From IMG/VR virus record IMGVR_UViG_3300020608_000013, positions 148,021-212,020 of that record: 64,000 nt of DNA. One strand, written 5' to 3'. The translations under genes were made by a program, and so were the position numbers. Below are positions 1-9,232 of the stretch, in pieces. The notes beneath the pieces are model-generated. The model searched no databases, was not told where the DNA came from, and worked only from the letters and a program-made list of their open reading frames with translations. Positions within the stretch are counted from its first letter, which is position 1; each line of letters starts with the position of its first letter.

Positions 1-154
1 TTGCCATAAGTAGGTCTCTTGTGTTAATTTAATCCATAGCTATTTGCTAATAGAAGTGTTTAGTAAGTCGTAGTGTCCACTACTTCCACTAAATCAATTA
101 ATGAGGATTTCGTATATTTTTATACATTGATTAAATTTAAATAAAGGTGTACTT

Positions 155-943
155 ATGAAAGTAAGTGATTTTACAGACGATGATTACCGTATTCTAGACG
201 TAAGGGTAGGTAACGAGTCTTTGTTTAGCGTTTACGATGCTGTTGCCGATAAAATAGGTAACTATCTATTAGGGGCGATACAAGATTTTGGCGAGTTCAT
301 CCATAAGCCACAAGCGGAGATTTATACAATACCTCATCGTGATTTTAAAAAGTTGAGAGATAAAATACTAGCATCTTCTTACCACGAGTTATCAGAATTG
401 ACTATAGATGTACCCGCAGGGTTTGAAGGGAATATCTACCAATACGGCCATTACTTAAGAACATCGCTCACAACGAACCGTAGCGCTATTGAAGAGGTTT
501 TAGGGTATACTAGACCTTATCTGGCTAAAAGCCTCAATGAGACTAATACAGGGTCAACTAGACCCATTATAAAATACTTACTCGATTACAAAGAAACGCG
601 AACCTCTCATAAAGAGACGATTGAGACCTACTTCAATCGTTCACATGAGTTAACCCGTCGTAAATTTGGCGATGTGTTCAATACTAAGCAAGAAATGGTC
701 GATTTCTTTGAGGCGTTTAAATCAACTGAAGTCGATGTTAAAGAATTGGCAAAAGTGCAAACTTCAGTGCGAGAGCTTAGTCTGTATCTGAACAAAGTGG
801 TGGAGCGCTCAACGGATATTGATCGTAAAACACTAGCCACACTAGGTCAAGCAGTCTATCAGATCGCGAAGGGGGTTGAAGAGTATAGTGTCTTAAACTA
901 CCGCGCAGGCGAGTTGTTCAATACGGTAAAAAAATTAACTTAA
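155..943 (+). CDS. Putative phiKZ-like internal head/virion protein (262 aa)
   Basis: ORF with AAAGGTG RBS. The YxxLxxxxIDVPAGFEGNIYQY block resembles phiKZ-like head proteins as I recall them. N-terminal G-N-E fits the phiKZ prohead-protease S/A/G-X-E cleavage motif. Confidence 0.45.
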   Translation: MKVSDFTDDDYRILDVRVGNESLFSVYDAVADKIGNYLLGAIQDFGEFIHKPQAEIYTIPHRDFKKLRDKILASSYHELSELTIDVPAGFEGNIYQYGHYLRTSLTTNRSAIEEVLGYTRPYLAKSLNETNTGSTRPIIKYLLDYKETRTSHKETIETYFNRSHELTRRKFGDVFNTKQEMVDFFEAFKSTEVDVKELAKVQTSVRELSLYLNKVVERSTDIDRKTLATLGQAVYQIAKGVEEYSVLNYRAGELFNTVKKLT

Positions 944-947
944 CAAG

Positions 948-988
948 TAACACAACACTACCAGTTTTCTTCTGGTAGTGTTGTGTTA
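948..988. terminator. Bidirectional terminator-like hairpin between convergent genes
   Basis: Perfect 17-bp stem TAACACAACACTACCAG/CTGGTAGTGTTGTGTTA with 7-nt loop. Confidence 0.75.
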
Positions 989-992
989 TTCA

Positions 993-1445
993 TTACTTTA
1001 GGTGTACCTTAGCAATATCTCGCTTGAAGATTTTTGTGAAGTTCTCTACGAAGACTAAACCCATTGCTTTCAAGAAGAAGAAACAATTTATGTCACAAGT
1101 GTTTAAGACGTTGCCTAATTTTACCATCCCTTCTAAATGTCGCCTATCATAAATAACTAAAACATCATCTTCTATAATAGAAGGCTCTATGATGTAGTTT
1201 AGTAATTTACGATTATTGTGAATGAAGGTCTCGTCTAGTGGTTTTAGATAGGGTGTGTCAATGACCTGTATGCGGCGGTATGATCGACTAAACGATTTAG
1301 TAAACATCATTGCCGCGTCTTGATCAGGTTTAGTGACAGTAGCGTCTATGAAGTTAGACGGTATTAATATTTCCTCTAATACATGTTTGTCATAGAGAAC
1401 GTCTAAACCATTGGCTATTGTGAAAATCACAACACGGTTACTCAT
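993..1445 (-). CDS. Hypothetical protein (150 aa), possible paralogue of 1438..1947
   Basis: ORF track; similar beta/alpha pattern ending in DDVLVI / GDVVIL. Confidence 0.7.
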   Translation of the reverse strand: MSNRVVIFTIANGLDVLYDKHVLEEILIPSNFIDATVTKPDQDAAMMFTKSFSRSYRRIQVIDTPYLKPLDETFIHNNRKLLNYIIEPSIIEDDVLVIYDRRHLEGMVKLGNVLNTCDINCFFFLKAMGLVFVENFTKIFKRDIAKVHLK

Positions 1446-1947
1446 GATCTGCTCCCATTATAATATCAACGTATTCGCAAGACGAAGATTCTAGCCAACA
1501 ACACCGATCGGTTAGTACATCACTATAAGGTATTAAATCACCAATAGCGTCACTGAAAAATACACGGAAATAACGTTGAGTGATAAAACCTATTTTCAAG
1601 TAAAGGTTACTCACGATAGACGTATGTGGTTTTAGTATCACTACATCACCACCACTCAACTCATGGAATAATTTTACAAATCCCTTCTTGTTCCCCTTAT
1701 AAAAACCCACCTCTTCAATATCTCTTTTTTCATCACCATCACTAGCAATTAAATCGACATTTCTAAAGGGTACGTAGTTAACTTTTCTATAGTTAATTAG
1801 TGATTTTTTATCTGACGCATCTTTTAAAGTTGTCAAGTCTGTAATAAATATAACATTCTGTAAAGATGGGTCGTAAGTGGTCGCTACTATAGATAGGTCA
1901 TCATAGGGTACTATTAATAGTTTTCTCGACATAAGATTTTTCGACAT
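1438..1947 (-). CDS. Hypothetical protein (up to 169 aa; real start probably MSRKLL)
   Basis: ORF track; stop overlaps the next start. Confidence 0.7.
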   Translation of the reverse strand: MSKNLMSRKLLIVPYDDLSIVATTYDPSLQNVIFITDLTTLKDASDKKSLINYRKVNYVPFRNVDLIASDGDEKRDIEEVGFYKGNKKGFVKLFHELSGGDVVILKPHTSIVSNLYLKIGFITQRYFRVFFSDAIGDLIPYSDVLTDRCCWLESSSCEYVDIIMGADHE

Positions 1948-2416
1948 ATTTACTATTTATACCGTTATACGATTTCAATACTAAATAAAGTAGACCAGGA
2001 CTATAACGCCAAGGTTCGTCAAGTCGTAGTAGACTACCCACCCACTCTGAACAAAAATATTGGTTTTCGTTATGGGTACGTACCTTCAATAACTGACCTA
2101 CCAGAACACCTAGTAGATCGTAGTTAGCGTTTTTCGTACTCTTGTAGTAAGCCTCAACATCCTCTTGGTCTACCCAATCAATCGGTACAAAGTCCCAGTT
2201 TTCGGGTTTAATACAAAGTTCTCGTTTAACAACACCACCGTCTCTAAATGAAGAGGTGTATGCTAAAACCTTTGTACCTGCATCAAAATCATTAGGGTTA
2301 AAATCATTATCACAAACTACGAACTCTACATGTGAGTAGATACTAAATGTTCGTAGGCGAATGGATTTATCGGTAATATTACCCTTACCTTTATAAAACA
2401 TTGCGTAGTATTTCAT
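1901..2416 (-). CDS. Permuted papain-like NlpC/P60 (YaeF/YiiX-type) amidase/peptidase
   Basis: YSHVE (His) near the N-terminus, then YDLLG and FCSEWV (catalytic Cys) near the C-terminus: the circularly permuted order; GGAG RBS. Confidence 0.75.
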   Translation of the reverse strand: MKYYAMFYKGKGNITDKSIRLRTFSIYSHVEFVVCDNDFNPNDFDAGTKVLAYTSSFRDGGVVKRELCIKPENWDFVPIDWVDQEDVEAYYKSTKNANYDLLGVLVGQLLKVRTHNENQYFCSEWVGSLLRLDEPWRYSPGLLYLVLKSYNGINSKYVEKSYVEKTINSTL

Positions 2417-2481
2417 TTGTTACTCCTAACGGTTGACTACTATCAATGAATTATGAGTAGGGTAAACGCTATCGTGTTCGT

Positions 2482-2901
2482 TTAGTACCAACCTCGACCA
2501 CGACCAATATGGTCACTTGAGACCCCGTATACCATACTCCTTTCGTTAGTTAACTTGTAAGTATTACTCAACGCATGGTGTTCACAAAAAAGCCAATCTA
2601 AATGTACCTTGTATTGGTTCGCTAAACCCTTACACATTTTTCTGTTCTTTTCATTAAGCGTTATTAAATAACGCACGATTTCCTCAATCGACTCGTTTAT
2701 AAACGAATTGGCTATCGCGCTAGTTTGAGTACGATGTAGCGCATTCATGTGGATTATCGCATTGAATATTTTTTCATCATTAGCCATTGCAACAATCGTT
2801 GGGTAATCCGTTCTACCAAAACGTTTATCCAGAACGGGCGTGCTTTGTATCGTCTTAACCAGGGTTGTTAAGCGGTCTTTTATAGGAAGGTATTCAAACA
2901 T
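2482..2901 (-). CDS. Hypothetical protein (139 aa)
   Basis: ORF track, downstream of a terminator. Confidence 0.7.
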   Translation of the reverse strand: MFEYLPIKDRLTTLVKTIQSTPVLDKRFGRTDYPTIVAMANDEKIFNAIIHMNALHRTQTSAIANSFINESIEEIVRYLITLNEKNRKMCKGLANQYKVHLDWLFCEHHALSNTYKLTNERSMVYGVSSDHIGRGRGWY

Positions 2902-2925
2902 AACTAATCTCTATTTATGACGGTG

Positions 2926-2963
2926 AAAAAAAAAATAGGTTAGCCCGAAGACTAACCTATTTT
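2926..2963 (-). terminator. Intrinsic terminator with cUUCGg tetraloop
   Basis: - strand AATAGGTTAGT-C-TTCG-G-GCTAACCTATT followed by a T-tract. Confidence 0.85.
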
Positions 2964-2966
2964 GAA

Positions 2967-3155
2967 CTACTTATAAACTAGTTCCCATGTGTAAGACACC
3001 CAGTTATTCTCAAGGTTATCCAACCATTTTCCCTTCAACGCATGATAATGTTCGTTGCTAGGAATAGGGTGGTCATCTACGTGATTTTTTAACTTTGAGT
3101 AATCTAAGTGTTTTGATACTGGTGTGTCTATCGGTCTCTTTGGGGTTTCTACCAT
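2967..3155 (-). CDS. Hypothetical protein (62 aa)
   Basis: ORF track; GGAGGAG RBS. Confidence 0.7.
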   Translation of the reverse strand: MVETPKRPIDTPVSKHLDYSKLKNHVDDHPIPSNEHYHALKGKWLDNLENNWVSYTWELVYK

Positions 3156-3283
3156 AAACTCTCCTCCACCTCTTCTAAGATTGCATCGGCCTCCTCTACA
3201 AGGTCGGAATAGTCATCAAATGGAATTTCGGGTAAAGTTTGCCCTTGATCTTGGTCTTGTGTTTCATTGGGGTCGTTACACAT
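3149..3283 (-). CDS. Unannotated acidic microprotein (44 aa, MCNDPNETQDQDQGQTLPEIPFDDYSDLVEEADAILEEVEESLW)
   Basis: Translated by hand; AGAGGA RBS; fills the gap and overlaps the next start; 15 D/E, no K/R. Confidence 0.7.
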   Translation of the reverse strand: MCNDPNETQDQDQGQTLPEIPFDDYSDLVEEADAILEEVEESLW

Positions 3284-3346
3284 AATATGTTCCTCTTGCG
3301 GTATAGTAAATAGAAACTTCAGTAGCCCGCAAATTACTACTGAAAC

Positions 3347-3508
3347 TCAATACTTTGTTTCGCCGACTTTATTCACTTTAAGACGTTTTCGATGTTTGGA
3401 GGTTGCCTCAACCATTATCTCATCGACCCGTTGTAGAAACTTTTCTTGTTTACGCTTGTCCTCTTCAGGCGAAATCTTAACGTAAGAGGGTACATAGATT
3501 TGATACAT
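3347..3508 (-). CDS. Unannotated small basic protein (53 aa, MYQIYVPSYVKISPEEDKRKQEKF...)
   Basis: Translated by hand; fills the gap in a - strand operon. Confidence 0.55.
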   Translation of the reverse strand: MYQIYVPSYVKISPEEDKRKQEKFLQRVDEIMVEATSKHRKRLKVNKVGETKY

Positions 3509-3519
3509 ATTAAGATACC

Positions 3520-3969
3520 TTATTTAATTTTGATTAGTTTTTTCTTCAGTGGCTTTTTGAAGCCTAATAGTACTGCTAAGGTGAAGCTAAACCAATTAGT
3601 CTTTACAAACTTTTTAAGTGTTTGTAAATCCCCTATTTCATATAAGGTGAGACTATCATCTCTAAGGGTAATAGAGGGGTAGCGAGTACCCTCTAATTTG
3701 AGAAGGTTTATTAGCGTGTATAAGGTGCAATTTGTCAGGTTAGTTGTTCTTGACGCAGACCTTGGTAGCTTATAATCACCTTCGATAAATGAGTCTTGCT
3801 CAACGCCGTTGGTTTTGGTCTCATAACCAATTATTTTAACCATGTCGTTGTTATAGATGCCGAACGCATAGGTTCGGTTTTTTGTCGTTGTGTTCATTTT
3901 ATCATTCCTCTGTATTAGTTGCGGTAAAACAACCTTCAAGTACGTCACACGTTCGGCGTGTGAATTCAT
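3520..3969 (-). CDS. Hypothetical protein (149 aa), short hydrophobic segment near the C-terminus
   Basis: ORF track. Confidence 0.65.
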   Translation of the reverse strand: MNSHAERVTYLKVVLPQLIQRNDKMNTTTKNRTYAFGIYNNDMVKIIGYETKTNGVEQDSFIEGDYKLPRSASRTTNLTNCTLYTLINLLKLEGTRYPSITLRDDSLTLYEIGDLQTLKKFVKTNWFSFTLAVLLGFKKPLKKKLIKIK

Positions 3970-4753
3970 TCACTAACTTTGCATTTAGGGAACGTTTGTC
4001 AGTCTCCTGAAAGTTATAGTGTTTGACAAAGGCCTCATTAAACACCCCGTTTGTAGAAATGAGGTGTTTAGATAACCCAATACTATCTAGGTGTCTTAAA
4101 TTCACTTGGTTCTTCAGGAAATCTTGAGCGACAACCTCCCTATCTAGTTTTGACCACTTCCTTGTTTGTGATACTAGACCTTCTTTAAGCGTTTCGAGAA
4201 TTTCATTTCTCTGAAACTCAACCATCTCATATATATCGTTCAGGAAATTAGAGGTATTGTACATATCGTTGCTATCGTACTCACCATAGGGCATACCTTT
4301 GGTGTCGTACACATAAGACTTACCTTCATGAGAGAAGGTGTTCTTAATGATAAGCATGTAACGACTACCATTAAGTTTAAACACAGGGTGTCTGAACCAC
4401 ACATCGTCTCGCAAGTAGAGGCTTAGCGTGGCGCTATGCTCGCCTAATAACTTCTCTCGGATAGAGGTAGTGTCATCACCGTCATTCATGTCGAGGAGAA
4501 CAGGTAATAACGTATCGTCGTGCGGGTCTGTCGTCTCTAATTGACCCGAAAACGCTATTTCGTCAACCATGTTAGGCACAGCGTCTGCGAACGCTAACGT
4601 TGTGCGTAATTCCTTGTTATTGACATAGACAAAATTGTTTACGTCACTGCGCTTCTTAATACGATCTAAGAGGGCAGGTAGTAATCCTTTACCATACCCA
4701 TACCACTTTACAGGGTCTTTGTTAGTTACGTATATCAGGGGTGATGTGTACAC
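3902..4753 (-). CDS. Hypothetical protein (283 aa, GTG start)
   Basis: ORF track; GGGAGG RBS. Confidence 0.8.
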   Translation of the reverse strand: MYTSPLIYVTNKDPVKWYGYGKGLLPALLDRIKKRSDVNNFVYVNNKELRTTLAFADAVPNMVDEIAFSGQLETTDPHDDTLLPVLLDMNDGDDTTSIREKLLGEHSATLSLYLRDDVWFRHPVFKLNGSRYMLIIKNTFSHEGKSYVYDTKGMPYGEYDSNDMYNTSNFLNDIYEMVEFQRNEILETLKEGLVSQTRKWSKLDREVVAQDFLKNQVNLRHLDSIGLSKHLISTNGVFNEAFVKHYNFQETDKRSLNAKLVNEFTRRTCDVLEGCFTATNTEE

Positions 4754-4754
4754 G

Positions 4755-4874
4755 TTAACCTCCCAACATCGCGATTAAATTCGGGGCGATTGAATAGACC
4801 GCCATTATTAGAAACAAGGTAAGAGGTGTACCCCATAATAGAGCGAGTAGTGTGTTAGTTAGTATGTTATTCAT
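4755..4874 (-). CDS. Unannotated hydrophobic membrane microprotein (39 aa, MNNILTNTLLALLWGTPLTLFLIMAVYSIAPNLIAMLGG)
   Basis: Translated by hand; GGAG RBS; first ORF after the promoter motif at 4920. Confidence 0.65.
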   Translation of the reverse strand: MNNILTNTLLALLWGTPLTLFLIMAVYSIAPNLIAMLGG

Positions 4875-4919
4875 AATTTTCTCCAGTTGTTTGAGGGTTT
4901 AAGTCATTTAACTCATTAC

Positions 4920-4929
4920 TATAATATAC
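4920..4929 (-). promoter_or_regulatory. Putative phage early-promoter motif GTATATTATA
   Basis: One of 12 intergenic same-orientation copies. Confidence 0.65.
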
Positions 4930-4975
4930 GGTTGTTACATTTTATATTATAGTCAAAATAATACTAGATCGGTGT

Positions 4976-5031
4976 AAAAAAATACAAACAATAGTTCTGT
5001 ATACGGGTCAATACCCGTATACAGAACTATT
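4976..5031 (-). terminator. Intrinsic terminator ending the tail-gene operon
   Basis: Perfect 19-bp stem, 4-nt loop, T-tract downstream on the - strand. Confidence 0.8.
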
Positions 5032-5110
5032 TACTTTACAAGATTTGGCTAGATTACTATCAGTATAGATTAAGTTTCAGATAATAGAGTTTAGCCTACT
5101 AAAAATTTAC

Positions 5111-5884
5111 CTAGAATTTACTTACAAGTTGTAAAAATTGCTTATTGTTTAACGTATCTCCTTTATCAGTTTCAAGGGCATCGTCAGCATTTTGTATTTT
5201 CTGCAACCAGTCGTCGTCAAACTTAATTGACTTGTAACGCACTGTACCGCGTCGCTTTATGCCAATCCATGCCGCTGAATATAATTTTAAAAGTTTAGCA
5301 TTTTTATCCAGCACTTTACTAGACCAAATATCAGGTGTCTCGTCGCCCTTTAAACGAAGTTCGATGATAAACCGCTCATCTTCGCCCAACCCACCAATGC
5401 CCAACGACCGTATTTTTAACGCATCGTTTAGTTGAGACTCGTATGTGTCGATCTCTTTCTGGTTAGCGCGTTTTGTGAGTCGCGATAACGCTAAATCAAA
5501 ATCTTGCTCAAGCTTATCTAAACGCGCCAAAACAATACGTTCAAATGCTTCCTCAGATGCTTTCACTACACCGTTTTCTAAATAAAAACCTTTGCCCAAA
5601 TACTCGAATAAAGGGTAATTAACTAGTATCGCATTACTTGAATAACCTTTAGTGACAAATTCACCGTTCTTAGAATCAAAAACAGCATAATCAGCTTTTG
5701 TTTTTGCTGCTAACGTGTAGGTTAGGCTTTTAATATCAAGCGTGCCGTTTTCAACCGTTAAATATTGGTTTTTGGTTATTTTAGGTGAAATAACTGTTAG
5801 TGCTGGTTGTTCGGATGGGTCGATACCTGTTTTGATTAAATTAGCGTATGTTTTTACTTTATTGTCATGTAAATATAAATGCAT
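5111..5884 (-). CDS. Putative tail-fibre-associated/assembly protein (257 aa)
   Basis: Follows the fibre-like gene; helical C-terminal block (EIDTYESQLNDA) resembles tail-fibre assembly proteins. Confidence 0.4.
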   Translation of the reverse strand: MHLYLHDNKVKTYANLIKTGIDPSEQPALTVISPKITKNQYLTVENGTLDIKSLTYTLAAKTKADYAVFDSKNGEFVTKGYSSNAILVNYPLFEYLGKGFYLENGVVKASEEAFERIVLARLDKLEQDFDLALSRLTKRANQKEIDTYESQLNDALKIRSLGIGGLGEDERFIIELRLKGDETPDIWSSKVLDKNAKLLKLYSAAWIGIKRRGTVRYKSIKFDDDWLQKIQNADDALETDKGDTLNNKQFLQLVSKF

Positions 5885-5887
5885 TTC

Positions 5888-7408
5888 TTACCACTCCATT
5901 GTTAAGCTACCACCATTACTGGCGAGGTCAACAAAAACTATATGGTTAGTACCATCGGTTTTTGGTGTTAGGCTTAATACAACTTCTTCAGTTGTAGGTA
6001 GTGTGGCTACACCATAAGCCGCACCTTGAAATGTATGGGATACTGCGCCCGATACTATTGTCGGTTGACCAGGCTGCGGATTTATACCAGGTACTATAAT
6101 TTGAGCAGGATTTTCAACCCCGTATACCATCGTGTATTGACCGAATCCCCAGCTTACACCAACCAAACTTCCTGCGCCGACAGAACCTGTGCGTGTTTGT
6201 ACTCCCGCATGTGTGGTCGCTGTTATTGAGTAATTTATAGTATTCCCACTAATTGATGTTACAGATGCAGAACCTGATAAGTTACCCCCATCGCCAGGTT
6301 TATTAATAGTTAAACTATAAGTGGGTTCGCCATATACGGGTGCCACGCTAGCGACGCCGCCGCCTCCGCGACCGCGCAAAATAATGCTATCGACCAAACC
6401 ATTAATTGCATAATCGGCGCTAGTAAATGCAGTTACACTACCGCTCGGATTACCACCCATCGTTGTATTATATGTTTCAATTAGCGACTCTAAGCTACTT
6501 TCTACTGCATAGATACTAATTTCAACATTTTCACCCTCAACATGATCGCCAACATCAAAAACCAAATCATCATTATTCGGATTTTGCATCACGCTAATAC
6601 CATGATTACTACCATCAAACTTAACGTCTATAGTCGAGTTAGTGGGCTTGTTATTCACAGTCAATGTGAATGTGCTTCCGATGTATAAATTCGCAGGTAC
6701 ATCACCAGTGATTGTTGTATTACTAACGTCAGGCGGCGATGCTTCAATTATCGTAGTCGAGGCATAAACGCGTGCGAAAACATTACCCACCGCGTCTTCT
6801 AAAACAGCGTACACCTGAAAATTTTCGCCGCTAGTTAGCCCGTTGGGCAGCGTGAAAGTTAAATTTCCTGTAATACCTCGCGAAACAGTTATTGAAAATT
6901 CGCCAATTTCATCACCGTTAGCACGATATAGTTTAGCTTTGGAAATTAGTATACCGGTTAACACTGTAGAATTGGTAGTAATAGTAACTTCAATCACCTG
7001 CCCAGATAAAGCGTTTGGCGGCATTGATATTACTGTGTTTGTTTTAATAGCACTTCCAGATGGAAAATCATAAGTATCTGCCCAATTAGCGATAGCAGTA
7101 TTGAAGGAAGTAGTAAACTCGCTTTCAGTCATGCCACCTGTTGGGAAGTCGTACGTGCTCGCCCAGTTTGTAATAGCGGTGTTGAACGAAGACATGAACT
7201 CCGTTTCCGTCATACCGCCAGATGGGAAATCATAGTTGTTCGCCCAATCCGCAATCGAATTTGTAAAATAAGTAACAATTTGTGATTGGGTTAACAATAC
7301 ACCGTTGTTACCGTTGTCGTCGGTAACAAGTACTTGACCTTGAGCGGTATCTACTGTTAAGTCAATGTTTTCTTCAGGGTTTTCCTGTAGGTAGGAATAA
7401 ATTCCCAT
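5888..7408 (-). CDS. Putative tail fibre/adhesin-like virion protein (506 aa) with N-terminal 27-aa repeats and Ig-like beta domains
   Basis: T/S/G/N-rich beta-strand composition, repeats, Gly-rich C-terminus, structural context. Confidence 0.55.
   Translation of the reverse strand: MGIYSYLQENPEENIDLTVDTAQGQVLVTDDNGNNGVLLTQSQIVTYFTNSIADWANNYDFPSGGMTETEFMSSFNTAITNWASTYDFPTGGMTESEFTTSFNTAIANWADTYDFPSGSAIKTNTVISMPPNALSGQVIEVTITTNSTVLTGILISKAKLYRANGDEIGEFSITVSRGITGNLTFTLPNGLTSGENFQVYAVLEDAVGNVFARVYASTTIIEASPPDVSNTTITGDVPANLYIGSTFTLTVNNKPTNSTIDVKFDGSNHGISVMQNPNNDDLVFDVGDHVEGENVEISIYAVESSLESLIETYNTTMGGNPSGSVTAFTSADYAINGLVDSIILRGRGGGGVASVAPVYGEPTYSLTINKPGDGGNLSGSASVTSISGNTINYSITATTHAGVQTRTGSVGAGSLVGVSWGFGQYTMVYGVENPAQIIVPGINPQPGQPTIVSGAVSHTFQGAAYGVATLPTTEEVVLSLTPKTDGTNHIVFVDLASNGGSLTMEW
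7055..7273 (-). repeat. ~2.7 copies of an 81-bp/27-aa coding repeat (xSFNTAIxNWAxTYDFPxGGMTExEF)
   Basis: Visible in the translation; DNA copies differ at synonymous sites. Confidence 0.9.
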
Positions 7409-7436
7409 ATAAATACTCCCCTATAATTGAAGATTG

Positions 7437-7769
7437 TTAAGCGGCAGATTTAGAGAAACCACGCGCATTTACTTCAATGTGATCGGTATCTCCACTGATT
7501 GTGATATAACTACCTGGTTTCAAGACCCAGCAAGTACGTTCTTCGACCTGTTTAGGCTCAAATTCAAAATTATTGAAAATGTGGGTAGTAGCGCCATCGC
7601 TATTAAGCAACTTAACGGTTACTTTACCTGTATTTGTCTCGCTAAGATTAGTCACATATAAATGAACAGATGCTGAAACTTCTGTACTTGGTAGGGCTGG
7701 GAATAAAGTAACAGCGGTGTTATTACCTACTGTAGTTTTAACTTCATTAATAGGTGTTGTGTTCACCAT
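7437..7769 (-). CDS. Small all-beta putative virion protein (110 aa)
   Basis: VHLYVTN...VLKPGSYITISG...VNARG pattern resembles small proteins next to phage tail fibres. Confidence 0.5.
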   Translation of the reverse strand: MVNTTPINEVKTTVGNNTAVTLFPALPSTEVSASVHLYVTNLSETNTGKVTVKLLNSDGATTHIFNNFEFEPKQVEERTCWVLKPGSYITISGDTDHIEVNARGFSKSAA

Positions 7770-7781
7770 TTGGGTAGTCCT

Positions 7782-9176
7782 CTAGTTATTAAAAAAGGGT
7801 GTGTTATTTATCAAACTATGTAGTTCGTAAACAGCTTTCTCAAGTTTGATTATTTTTTCATCTTTTTCTTCAATCGTTGTCTTTAACGCTACTACGCCAT
7901 CTTTAAGCACTTTGAGGTCTTCTGACATTTTAGTATTTTTTACTACTTGTTCCTCAAGTGCGCGATTAACTAGCGTATTCACTTCACTCTGTGTTTCAAA
8001 AGCTTCGTCAACTTTAGTATTTGTAGTCAGTTGGTCGTTGAGTGTAGACCGTATGCTATCAATACTATCTGTGTTCCTTTTAATTGATGTATTGTGGCCG
8101 TTTAGAGTTGATTGTATGGTTAATATACCACTTTCAATATCCTTAAGATTGTTTGCAACCACTACGTTCTCGACAGCTTGTTCCTGAAGTATTTTATCTA
8201 CATTACCATTCCACTCTGTTTGTGTTGATTGTAATGTCTTAAGGTGTTGGTCAATGTTCTCGATGTCAGTAGTTATCGTAGCATCGAATGTTTTTTGATC
8301 TCTAAATGTGTCTTTTACTTCAGTATTAAAATTATTTTGTGTTAACAAAGCTTTCTCAATTAATGTCAATTGAGTATCGTTACTATCCACACGCAGGCTA
8401 AGGGCGTTATGTATCGCCATTGTGGGTAAGTCGTCAATAGCTTTTATTTTAATTTTGATGGGGTCGAGTGCAGATTTCAGACTATATGGTGTAATTAATG
8501 TGTTGGTACTAAGACCTTCTTTCGTTTCTATCCTAGTAGCGAGGGCGCAATTTTCAACCTTTTCAAGCCCTAATTGTTGTTTAGTCACATTGTGCGGATT
8601 ATCATCCATAGTAGTATGCGCGAGAAAAGTCTGGTAGCACTGTTTTGTTTCTGAAATAGCTGTTGCGACTCGACCAACCGCTTCAATTAATTCTGCATGA
8701 CCGTTTACACGATTAAAATCTTGATCGTGAGGTTCAGGTGGGAAAATGTTCCACCGATCGGCCAGTTGGTCCCATGAAACTGTTCGTGGGTTATAGGCAC
8801 GATCAGCCAACAACTTATACACTTCAACATAATCTACTTTATTACCTACCCCAAGCGTCTGATATGTGACAGCGATAGTACCTGCTAGTAGGGGGTTTAA
8901 AAAATGTATTCCTCCATATATCGGATATGTTCTAACGGTATTTGTTGCAGCAATGTAAGGTATTGTGAAACTATAGTCTTTACCTTCAACCAATTTTACA
9001 TAATCACCATCATCGTTATAATGGAGTATAGTGAAGTTGTCGGTTATAAAAAAAGGCGATTGCTTTAAAATAACGTATTGGTAGGTTAAATCATTATTAG
9101 GTGTTAGCGTATGAAGTTCACTCTCTACCAAATTATCAACACTTTTACCCGTTTGATCTACCTTGTAAGTCTGCAT
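7782..9176 (-). CDS. phiKZ-like virion structural (baseplate/tail-fibre) protein with C-terminal coiled-coil stalk (464 aa)
   Basis: N-terminal DQTGKSVDNLV...LVEGKDY...GGIHFLN...YQTLG and NPHNVTKQQLGL motifs typical of jumbo-phage tail proteins; long heptad C-terminus. Confidence 0.65.
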   Translation of the reverse strand: MQTYKVDQTGKSVDNLVESELHTLTPNNDLTYQYVILKQSPFFITDNFTILHYNDDGDYVKLVEGKDYSFTIPYIAATNTVRTYPIYGGIHFLNPLLAGTIAVTYQTLGVGNKVDYVEVYKLLADRAYNPRTVSWDQLADRWNIFPPEPHDQDFNRVNGHAELIEAVGRVATAISETKQCYQTFLAHTTMDDNPHNVTKQQLGLEKVENCALATRIETKEGLSTNTLITPYSLKSALDPIKIKIKAIDDLPTMAIHNALSLRVDSNDTQLTLIEKALLTQNNFNTEVKDTFRDQKTFDATITTDIENIDQHLKTLQSTQTEWNGNVDKILQEQAVENVVVANNLKDIESGILTIQSTLNGHNTSIKRNTDSIDSIRSTLNDQLTTNTKVDEAFETQSEVNTLVNRALEEQVVKNTKMSEDLKVLKDGVVALKTTIEEKDEKIIKLEKAVYELHSLINNTPFFNN

Positions 9177-9232
9177 AATTAGACCTCTTTAAATTATCTA
9201 GAAATTTAGTCAACCTATTACAAACGAGGAAA

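Noticed and set aside
1-7. Start of a - strand gene running off the left edge (ATG GCA...)
   Set aside because: Only two codons are inside the window, so it cannot be supported
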